This document shows positions 47,801-56,255 of a stretch of DNA of 64,000 nucleotides, piece by piece (the stretch's first letter is position 1; the number at the start of each line of letters is the position of its first letter). The stretch comes from Macrostomum lignano (taxonomy: Eukaryota). A program made the position numbers and the translations under genes. The DNA lies in assembly GCA_002269645.1 (NCBI GenBank), contig NIVC01000073.1, forward strand, positions 558,001-622,000, in the 5' to 3' direction. The notes below the pieces were generated by a model that ran no database searches, had not been told where the DNA came from, and saw only the letters and a list, made by a program, of their open reading frames with translations.

Positions 47801-50800
47801 ACGAGCAGAGCCAAGCCGAGATTTAAATTTAGCTCTAGTAAATCAATGTGACTGCACTTGGAATCGAGCCTGGGCCGCTGGTACATCAGAGCGCCTGTTA
47901 GGCTACGCCCCAGAGCACTAATTATATTGTTGCCGCGTGTTTATCTACTCCTACTCGTCAGATTGCGTGGCAACTAGCACTCATCGGTGCCATGTGCTTA
48001 TGTAATTGAATAACACCCATTGGTCAAAAGGTATTTAAATCTTCAAGTCAGTGAGACATTCAAGGCACTAGCCATAAAAAAGATTGCATCGAAATCCACG
48101 AAGGTCGAAGGCCCTGAATTTTTTGGTGCATTATTAAGACAGAGACAGTAAAGCTGGTGCCTAACTAAGAACTGAAATTATTTAACATTTCAGGTACAAA
48201 ATTAGTCATACGCTTTTTAAACAAAATCTAGACAGCTTGGTGCTATGATGTATTAGGCAGTAAAATCCTGCTATACGAGTAATACGCTCGCACTTAAGAC
48301 TTCATTCAAAATTAGATACACCGATACTTCATTTTCAGGACAGGTAAGGCTTACTTGTCTTACCAGCTCTCTGACTTAGTTTTAAATTGAAAATCAGACA
48401 AATGCCTCATTATTAATTCATTCTCTGACATAGATAGTCGCTATGCCATTCATTCTCGTCATTTATTTTGTCATCATTTTTATAGAACAAGAATTTACAA
48501 ACTCTACAAACTTTAGTGTGTGTAACAATCACACATTAGGAAAATATAATATCGTGACACTCGCTATCAGACAAATGCCTCATTGAAATTTCATAACTGG
48601 CACAAACTGAAATTTGCACCTGTCAATCTCGTCATCTATTCTGTCATCACAAGCGAGCTAATGATAAAAACTGACTAAACTCATAAGCATTATGCAATAA
48701 GGGTCTCGTTCTCAGACAAATGCCTCATTAAGATCACAGAGCAGACACTGATTATGCCTGTCAGTTCGTCATCTAAATTGTCATCACTGCTCACACAATG
48801 ACCCAAAGAACTCTATGTACTTGATAAGCTCATAAATCATATAAATCTAAGATATATACTCAGGACTCAGGGCTCAGACAAATGCCTCATTAAATTTCAC
48901 TGAATGGCACAAACTACTCGAGTTTGCACCTGTCAATCTCGTCATCTATTGTCATCACAGCGAGTCCGCACAGTCACTAACAATGTGCATTGAGCAATCA
49001 AGTCTGTAAGCCGGAATTAACATCCACCAGCAGCCAGGCAGCTCTGAAGTCAGCGACAGCTGCAGCGGTGTGCTGTTGCCAGCTGGGTTGCTCTGGCACC
49101 AGTATTAAACTTGACCGGGCTTGACAACTAATTGCATGGCAACTAGCACCCATTGGTCAAGGGATCAAATCTGGTGCCGTGTGTTTATCTGATTGCATGG
49201 CAACTAGCACCCATTGGTCAAGGGATCAAATCTGGTGCCGTGTGCTTATCTGATTGCATGGCAACTAGCACCCATTGGTCAAGGGATCAAATCTGGTGCC
49301 GTGTGCTTATCTGATTGCATGGCAACTAGAATTTTAAATAGCGTCTTAAATAAAACGAAGACAACTTGATTTTTTAAGCAGTGAATTTGCTGCACTACTT
49401 ATACTGCTTAATTTATCATTCATACTGAAGCGTAGTTTGTTAGTCGCTATGCCAGTCATTCTCGTCATCTATTTGTATAAGTTACATATAGTTAAATAAA
49501 ACACCCGCTTAGCTGTTTCAACAGTTTTTTGAGAAGGGTGCGTGAACACCCCAGCAGGACTAAAAGCAAGACCTGTAAAAAGGCAAATCACCTCCTTGGA
49601 GCCAACAGCCTTCACACCAATCAGAGAGGAGATAGGCTTCACCGATGGTGATCTTGAGTCTATTGAAACACCGATGAAATGAGAACGACAAGCCAACCAT
49701 GTACCGGGTGGGTTGAGGCCCAGGTCAACAACGGTTGCACTGCCCTTTGAACTCCCCAGAGGATGCAGTGGAAAATGGACTGCTGGAGTGCAAAGTAAGG
49801 GAATAAGACTAGTGAAATTGAACACTATGGTCGGTGGTTGGAATGTGGAATCGCTGCGCCAGGCAAGATGGAGGAAATGCTGGCTGAAGAGATGGCCCGT
49901 ATACACTGGAACATCCTTGACATGTCTGAGATGCGTTGGAAAGGAATCGGTGAAGGACTAAGAGACAGGACACAAAGTTTGGTTATTGTGGCGATGACAA
50001 GGAGGACTTTCGTTCATGGAGTTGAATTTCTTGGTTCACAAAACTCGTAAACACCAAACACTCTATCTTGGAATTTATCCCGGTGAATGACAGAATAGTT
50101 GCAATTAAAGTTACGGGAAAATGTGAAAAGAACAATCCCTAAAGGACGTATTTTTGGTGCAATGGGACAATTAGGGAAAGTTAGACTGGGTGATATCAAC
50201 ATTTTTCAACCACAAAACATTCGGAAAGACAAAATGGCACTCAAAAGATGCAAGAGTTCACAATCAATCTGACTAAAAAATCGTTTCGAGCAGACATGCT
50301 ACCGAAGTGAACAGAATAACGTGAATATTCTATAAACCGGACATTATCAGTGACCATGACTGGCTGATGATGCCATTAAAAGTAAAAATGAAGAAAAACA
50401 AATAAGCAGGATGACGAGAACGTGCTTTGACTTAGGCAAGATGAAGGACAAGAGAATCGTTAAAAATCTTCAAGGAGACTCAGCAAAGCCTAACTTGGTA
50501 TCAAATTGAAAATCAGACAAATGCCTCATTATTAATTCATACTCTGGCATAGATAGTCGCTATGCCGTTCATTCTCGTCATTTATTTTGTCATTTTTCAT
50601 AGAACAAAATTTACAAACTTTAGTGTAATAATCACATATTGGGAAACATAAAATTTTGACACTCGCTATCAGACAAATGCCTCATTGAAATTTCATAACT
50701 GGCACAAACTGAAATTTGCACCTGTCAATCTCGTCATCTATTCTGTCATCATTAGCGAGTTTATATAAATACTAACTATTCCCTACACTAGGGTCTCGTT

Positions 50801-53800
50801 CTCAGACAAATGCCTCATTAAGATCACGGAGCAGACACTGATTATGCCTGTCAGTTCGTCATCTAAATTGTCATCACTGCTCACACAATGACCCAAAGAA
50901 CTCTATGTACTTGGTAAGCTCATAAATCATATAAATCTAAGATATATACTCAGGACTCAGGGCTCAGACAAATGCCTCATTAAATTTCACTAATTGGCAC
51001 AAACTACTCGAGTTTGCACCTGTCAATCTCGTCATCTATTGTCATCACAGCGAGTCCGCACAGTCACTAACAATGTGCATTGAGCAATCAAGTCTGTAAG
51101 CCAGAATTAACATCCACCAGCAGCCAGGCAGCTCTGAAGTCAGCGACAGCTGCAGCGGTGTGCTGTTGCCAGCTGGGTTGCTCTGGCACCAGTATTAAAC
51201 TTGACCGGGCTTGACAACTAATTGCATGGCAACTAGCACCCATTGGTCAAGTATCAAATCTGGTGCCGTGTGCTTATCTAATTGCATGGCAACTAGCACC
51301 CATTAGTCAAGGGATCAAATCTGGTGCCATGTGTTTATCTGATTGCATGGCAACTAGCACCCATTGGTCAAGGGATCAAATCTGGTGCCGTGTGTTTATC
51401 TGATTGCATGGCAACTAGCACCCATTGGTCAAGGGATCAAATCTGGTGCCGTGTGCTTATCTGATTGCATGGCAGCACCCATTGGTCAAGGGATCAAATC
51501 TGGTGCCGTGTGCTTATCTGATTGCATGGCAACTAGAATTTTAAATAGCGTCTTAAATAAAACGAAGACAACTTGATTTTTTAAGCAGTGAATTTGCTGC
51601 ACTACTTATACTGCTTAATTAATCATTCATACTGAAGCGTAGTTTGTTAGTCGCTATGCCAGTCATTCTCGTCATCTATTTGTATAAGTTACATATAGTG
51701 AAATAAAACACCCGCTTAGCTGTTTCAACAGTTTTTTGAGAAGGGTGCGTGAACACCCCAGCAGGACTAAAAGCAAGACCTGTAAAAAGGCAAATCACCT
51801 CCTTGGAGCCAACAGCCTTCACACCAATCAGAGAGGAGATAGGCTTCACCGATGGTGATCTTGAGTCTATTGAAACACCGATGAAATGAGAACGACAAGC
51901 CAACCATGTACCGGGTGGGTTGAGGCCCAGGTCAACAACGGTTGCACTGCCCTTTGAACTCCCCAGAGGATGCAGTGGAAAATGGACTGCTGGAGTGCAA
52001 AGTAAGGGAATAAGACTAGTGAAATTGAACACTATGGTCGGTGGTTGGAATGTGGAATCGCTGCGCCAGGCAAGATGGAGGAAATGCTGGCTGAAGAGAT
52101 GGCCCGTATACACTGGAACATCCTTGACATGTCTGAGATGCGTTGGAAAGGAATCGGTGAAGGACTAAGAGACAGGACACAAAGTTTGGTTATTGTGGCG
52201 ATGACAAGGAGGACTTTCGTTCATGGAGTTGAATTTCTTGGTTCACAAAACTCGTAAACACCAAACACTCTATCTTGGAATTTATCCCGGTGAATGACAG
52301 AATAGTTGCAATTAAAGTTACGGGAAAATGTGAAAAGAACAATCCCTAAAGGACGTATTTTTGGTGCAATGGGACAATTAGGGAAAGTTAGACTGGGTGA
52401 TATCAACATTTTTCAACCACAAAACATTCGGAAAGACAAAATGGCACTCAAAAGATGCAAGAGTTCACAATCAATCTGACTAAAAAATCGTTTCGAGCAG
52501 ACATGCTACCGAAGTGAACAGAATAACGTGAATATTCTATAAACCGGACATTATCAGTGACCATGACTGGCTGATGATGCCATTAAAAGTAAAAATGAAG
52601 AAAAACAAATAAGCAGGATGACGAGAACGTGCTTTGACTTAGGCAAGATGAAGGACAAGAGAATCGTTAAAAATCTTCAAGGAGACTCAGCAAAGCCTAA
52701 CTTGGTATCAAATTGAAAATCAGACAAATGCCTCATTATTAATTCATACTCTGGCATAGATAGTCGCTATGCCGTTCATTCTCGTCATTTATTTTGTCAT
52801 TTTTCATAGAACAAAATTTACAAACTTTAGTGTAATAATCACATATTGGGAAACATAAAATTTTGACACTCGCTATCAGACAAATGCCTCATTGAAATTT
52901 CATAACTGGCACAAACTGAAATTTGCACCTGTCAATCTCGTCATCTATTCTGTCATCATTAGCGAGTTTATATAAATACTAACTATTCCCTACACTAGGG
53001 TCTCGTTCTCAGACAAATGCCTCATTAAGATCACGGAGCAGACACTGATTATGCCTGTCAGTTCGTCATCTAAATTGTCATCACTGCTCACACAATGACC
53101 CAAAGAACTCTATGTACTTGGTAAGCTCATAAATCATATAAATCTAAGATATATACTCAGGACTCAGGGCTCAGACAAATGCCTCATTAAATTTCACTAA
53201 TTGGCACAAACTACTCGAGTTTGCACCTGTCAATCTCGTCATCTATTGTCATCACAGCGAGTCCGCACAGTCACTAACAATGTGCATTGAGCAATCAAGT
53301 CTGTAAGCCAGAATTAACATCCACCAGCAGCCAGGCAGCTCTGAAGTCAGCGACAGCTGCAGCGGTGTGCTGTTGCCAGCTGGGTTGCTCTGGCACCAGT
53401 ATTAAACTTGACCGGGCTTGACAACTAATTGCATGGCAACTAGCACCCATTGGTCAAGTATCAAATCTGGTGCCGTGTGCTTATCTAATTGCATGGCAAC
53501 TAGCACCCATTAGTCAAGGGATCAAATCTGGTGCCATGTGTTTATCTGATTGCATGGCAACTAGCACCCATTGGTCAAGGGATCAAATCTGGTGCCGTGT
53601 GCTTATCTAATTGCATGGCAACTGGCACCCATTGGTCAAGGGATCAAATCTGGTGCCGTGTGCTTATCTAATTGCATGGCAACTAGCACCTATTGGTCAA
53701 GGGATCAAATCTGGTGCCGTGTGCTTATCTAATTGCATGGCAACTAGCACCTATTGGTCAATAGTCCACCAGTCCAGCTTATCTTTGACATTTCTAGTTA

Positions 53801-54583
53801 GATTGTTAAAGTCTTTATATTAAAAAAAAGACAAACTTTATTCCCAATGGAGGGACAAAAAGAACTTCAGTTGTGCAGCTTCGCTTACCTGACGTCTCGT
53901 CGCAATCTCAGTCCGTATTCATGGTCATCAGCCAGGCCTCCCGAGTTGATAAACTGCCATTGCAAGTAATTAGTCAAATTAAACGCCCGATGCTTCGCTT
54001 TCAACGCGCCGCTTCGATGGCAATTGTCTATGGTAATAATCGATTTAACCTTGCAGCCATTGTCAGCAAGATTGTTAACAAACTGTTCAACTAACTCAGG
54101 CTGTTCGCTTAAATCTTTTTCGCAGGCAAGAATTTGACATATTCGCTTCTTAGTTATGGATTCATAACCGACCAAGTCTAATTGACGCAATGCTTTTAAA
54201 ACGTTTGTATTGTTGCTCCTAGTTGGTAGTAGAAATTCAGCAACAATTTTACTCCTTGTCGATGTTGAAGATGGCAAATTAATAAAGTCTTTTAGTAGCA
54301 CCAGTTGCTTAGCAACTGAACTAGCAGCAGCTTGACTAGTCGCTGCGTAGGTTAATATCAGCATTGGTTTGACTGACACCTGATCAGCGCTATTATCGCT
54401 GATTGATAACCGATAAATATTAACATCTTCGATGTTACTGATTGCGAATCTTGGCTGAGTTGCAACATTTTCAGCTAATAATAACGTCACCTGTGATAGC
54501 CGCAACAACAGAATTGTCAGCATTATAAGCCATCGGTTGCCATGGAAACGGGAAAGACGATTGGCATTTGAATTTGGCAGCAT
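32863..54583 (-). CDS. CPD: Carboxypeptidase D-like multidomain M14B metallocarboxypeptidase, type I membrane protein, about 1517 aa
   Basis: Exons 54583-53889, 45967-45836, 44975-44821, 44235-43902, 43150-43055, 42363-41902, 40500-40127, 39462-38990, 37729-37615, 37052-36602, 35342-34661, 33837-33516, 33125-32863; total 4554 nt, in frame. Domain 1 has [43 protein letters not shown] and FELTLELSC. Three transthyretin-like subdomains ([26 protein letters not shown]), a TM segment and a YSKV tail follow. Linkage of the first exon is inferred. Confidence 0.85.
33170..33480. repeat. 23-bp minisatellite
   Basis: CCCAATCAGCCTCACTTTCAGTG. Confidence 0.92.
34030..34555. repeat. 35-bp minisatellite
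   Basis: ATAATAGGATCACTAATTAAGGGATTAACACCAGA. Confidence 0.9.
35365..35850. repeat. 25-bp minisatellite
   Basis: GGGTTCAGGGGCGATTCTTCAGGTA. Confidence 0.92.
36110..36545. repeat. Degenerate G-rich GGGTCAATTAGA repeat
   Basis: Direct reading. Confidence 0.75.
37185..37540. repeat. 28-bp minisatellite (reverse complement of the 21770 family)
   Basis: CAGCAACTGACACTCTGGGAGGCTGGCC. Confidence 0.9.
37785..38965. repeat. 19-27-bp minisatellite
   Basis: GATCTGGGGATTCTATTGA units. Confidence 0.92.
39560..40105. repeat. About 85-bp degenerate tandem repeat
   Basis: GGGGGTCAAATGACCTCC...AGCAGTTAATAA units. Confidence 0.75.
40560..41870. repeat. 28-bp minisatellite (about 46 copies; same family as 21770 and 37185)
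   Basis: CAGCAACTGA(GGATC/CACTC)TGGGAGGCTGGCC. Confidence 0.95.
42480..42880. repeat. 22-bp minisatellite
   Basis: CAAGGATTGGGTCATAAGAATT. Confidence 0.85.
43230..43790. repeat. 24-bp minisatellite
   Basis: AAGGTCAAACAATCGGAATTTTCC. Confidence 0.85.
44300..44670. repeat. 28-bp minisatellite
   Basis: GGAATTCCCCATCAAGATTGAGTTATTT. Confidence 0.8.
45075..45800. repeat. CT-rich minisatellite (about 16-18 bp)
   Basis: CTACCTGTCTCTCCCT units. Confidence 0.9.
46082..46164 (-). pseudogene. U15-like box C/D snoRNA, type A, degenerate (cassette 1)
   Basis: D box is present, but both guides are mutated (plus strand caaatgcttatt, ctcgtaatct) and the C box reads ATTATGA. Confidence 0.65.
46253..46336 (-). 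ncRNA. SNORD15: U15-like dual-guide box C/D snoRNA, type B (cassette 1)
   Basis: Minus strand: C ATGATGA, guide TAGATGACGAG, D' TTGA, guide GAGGCATTTG, D CTGA, terminal stem. Confidence 0.85.
46386..46461 (-). ncRNA. SNORD15: U15-like box C/D snoRNA, type C (cassette 1)
   Basis: C GTGATGA, guide TTAGATGACGA, D' CTGA, C' GTGATCT, guide GAGGCATTTG, D CTGA. Confidence 0.85.
46548..46632 (-). ncRNA. SNORD15: U15-like box C/D snoRNA, type D (cassette 1)
   Basis: C GTGATGA, guide TAGATGACGAG, D' TTGA, guide GAGGCATTTG, D CTGA. Confidence 0.85.
46804..47525. repeat. 61-bp minisatellite (about 12 copies), cassette 1
   Basis: Unit ATTGCATGGCAACTAGCACCCATTGGTCAAGGGATCAAATCTGGTGCCGTGTGCTTATCT(A/G). 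Confidence 0.92.
47530..47912 (-). mobile_element. Candidate tRNA-derived SINE inserted in a 61-bp repeat array
   Basis: Minus-strand head TGGGGCGTAGCCTAACAGG (A-box-like) ... GGCTCGATTCC (B-box-like, 47870-47860); degenerate 61-bp units resume after it (about 47930-48035). Confidence 0.5.
48394..48477 (-). ncRNA. SNORD15: U15-like box C/D snoRNA, type A (cassette 2)
   Basis: C ATGATGA, D' guide with one mismatch (TAAATGACGAG), D' ATGA, intact D guide and CTGA. Confidence 0.78.
48567..48650 (-). ncRNA. SNORD15: U15-like box C/D snoRNA, type B (cassette 2)
   Basis: All boxes and both guides intact; C GTGATGA. Confidence 0.85.
48712..48787 (-). ncRNA. SNORD15: U15-like box C/D snoRNA, type C (cassette 2)
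   Basis: Same boxes and guides as 46386-46461. Confidence 0.85.
48874..48958 (-). ncRNA. SNORD15: U15-like box C/D snoRNA, type D (cassette 2)
   Basis: Same boxes and guides as 46548-46632. Confidence 0.85.
49130..49330. repeat. 61-bp minisatellite, cassette 2
   Basis: Same unit, about 3 copies. Confidence 0.9.
49820..50450 (+). pseudogene. Decayed RTE-like LINE AP-endonuclease fragment
   Basis: Frameshifted motifs GWNVESL / [20 protein letters not shown] / [14 protein letters not shown] / [14 protein letters not shown] / FDLGKMKD. Confidence 0.72.
50513..50596 (-). pseudogene. U15-like snoRNA, type A, C box damaged (cassette 3)
   Basis: D box and D guide intact; plus strand reads tgtcattttt instead of tgtcatcatttt, so the C box is lost. 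Confidence 0.65.
50669..50752 (-). ncRNA. SNORD15: U15-like box C/D snoRNA, type B (cassette 3)
   Basis: All boxes and guides intact; perfect ACTCGCTA/TAGCGAGT terminal stem. Confidence 0.87.
50802..50877 (-). ncRNA. SNORD15: U15-like box C/D snoRNA, type C (cassette 3)
   Basis: Boxes and guides as in the other type C copies. Confidence 0.85.
50964..51048 (-). ncRNA. SNORD15: U15-like box C/D snoRNA, type D (cassette 3)
   Basis: Boxes and guides as in the other type D copies. Confidence 0.85.
51220..51535. repeat. 61-bp minisatellite, cassette 3
   Basis: Same unit, about 5 copies. Confidence 0.9.
52027..52657 (+). pseudogene. Decayed RTE-like LINE endonuclease fragment (duplicate)
   Basis: Same sequence at +2207. 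Confidence 0.72.
52720..52803 (-). pseudogene. U15-like snoRNA, type A, C box damaged (cassette 4)
   Basis: Copy of 50513-50596 at +2207. Confidence 0.65.
52876..52959 (-). ncRNA. SNORD15: U15-like box C/D snoRNA, type B (cassette 4)
   Basis: Copy of 50669-50752 at +2207. Confidence 0.85.
53009..53084 (-). ncRNA. SNORD15: U15-like box C/D snoRNA, type C (cassette 4)
   Basis: Copy of 50802-50877 at +2207. Confidence 0.85.
53171..53255 (-). ncRNA. SNORD15: U15-like box C/D snoRNA, type D (cassette 4)
   Basis: Copy of 50964-51048 at +2207. Confidence 0.85.
53427..53760. repeat. 61-bp minisatellite, cassette 4
   Basis: Same unit, about 5-6 copies. Confidence 0.9.
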
Positions 54584-55079
54584 GTCCCTTTATGTATTAC
54601 GATGCGTGCATGCAAAAAGCACTCTAGATGGAATGTAGCTCGAAGATATTCTGAAATGTCAAAGTATAAAAAGTAATTGATAGTTCAGAAATTATCATTC
54701 TACAGAAAAGTAACTAACTAAAAAAATTACTATTATTACAGACATCTAATACTAAAAGCTAATGGGACATTTTTATAATTACTGACACTCAATAGTTTTA
54801 AGGCACTCACTGACACCTAACACTTTACAAGTTAAATGTACCCTAAATAATAATAAAAATATAATATGTTCTGTGCTATACTAAAACCGAAATCATTAGT
54901 AAATTAAACAACCCACCATTTGAACGATGATATTAAAATAGCGGCAAATGTCCTTTTACCCGATACAAATGGTATTTTTTATTTATTCATAATAGGAAAA
55001 AGTTTACAAGTCGTTAAAAAAGTCGCTTGAGTAAGAGAAAAATTAACCTTGAAAACTAGATTCATAATAATTTTTGCAA

Positions 55080-55490
55080 CACTGAGGATCTGGGAGGCTT
55101 GCCCAGCAACTGAGGATCTGGGAGGCTTGCCCAGCAACTGAGGATCTGGAAGGCTGGCCCAGCAACTGAGGATCTCGAAGGCTGGCCCAGCAACTGAGGA
55201 TCTGGGAGGCTGGCTCAGCAACTGAGGATCTGGGAGGCTTGCCCAGCAACTGAGGATCTGGGAGGCTGGCTCAGCAACTGAGGATCTGGGAGGCTTGCCC
55301 AGCAACTGAGGATCTGGGAGGCTGGCTCAGCAACTGAGGATCTCGAAGGCTGGCCCAGCAACTGAGGATCTGGGAGGCTGGCTCAGCAACTGAGGATCTG
55401 GGAGGCTTGCCCAGCAACTGAGGATCTGGAAGGCTTGCCCAGCAACTGAGGATCTGGAAAGCTGGCCCAGCAACTGAGGATCTGGAAGAA
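55080..55490. repeat. 28-bp minisatellite (same family as 40560)
   Basis: CAGCAACTGAGGATCTGGGAGGCT(G/T)GC(C/T). Confidence 0.9.
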
Positions 55491-56255
55491 ATACAATTTG
55501 TTTTGCCGTTCAAAGACGTAACAAAGACGTTCTAGTAGACTCCAAATGGATTTTAACTAATTTGCATCAGATTGCATAATAGCTACTACAAAATGGCGCA
55601 AGGCAAAAGTTTTAATATACGTAAATTCGGATCACTTTAGTACAAAAATACTCTAACTACTACTTGTTACTATTAGTAGTACGAGTATTACTAATTGATT
55701 TAAAGTATGCAAGCAATATAAACTGGGACAGCGAAGTTGCACCCGGGTAGCGAGAGTAATAAAATGCGGCAAGCAGAAACACCTACTGGATAATATTTAA
55801 TAAATTGAACAGGTGTGGCAGAGGTACAAAAAGTACAGTTTGTTTACATAAATCTTTATTTAAAAAACTTTGCAAAGTAATGTTTGAAAAAAATTGACGG
55901 TATTATTATAAATAAATGTGAAGACAGCAACGGGTTACTAAAAAGAAATTAATGCCTTACTTCCATACGACACACTTTTACAATAATAGAACTTACATGT
56001 ATAGCCATGTTTATATTATAACTGAATAAATCACAGACTATATTCAACACAAAGACCATTTTTAACACAAAGACCCTATAAAGCACAGACTCCACCCTAC
56101 TCAACACTAAGACCCTACTCAACACAAAGACCCAAGTTATATTCAAAGAAGTGCACCGGGAACCAGGGGAATTTAAAGTTCGCGCATTTAAGTCAGGTCA
56201 ATAAAAAACGGACACAACGAACATGATCAGATAGACTGAGATGCAATCTCGGCAT

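Larger units (their letters stand above)
49326..53740. repeat. Near-identical tandem duplication, 2207-bp unit x2
   Basis: ORFs 49469/51676, 49713/51920, 49838/52045 and 50014/52221 are all offset by 2207; rare SNPs. Confidence 0.92.
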
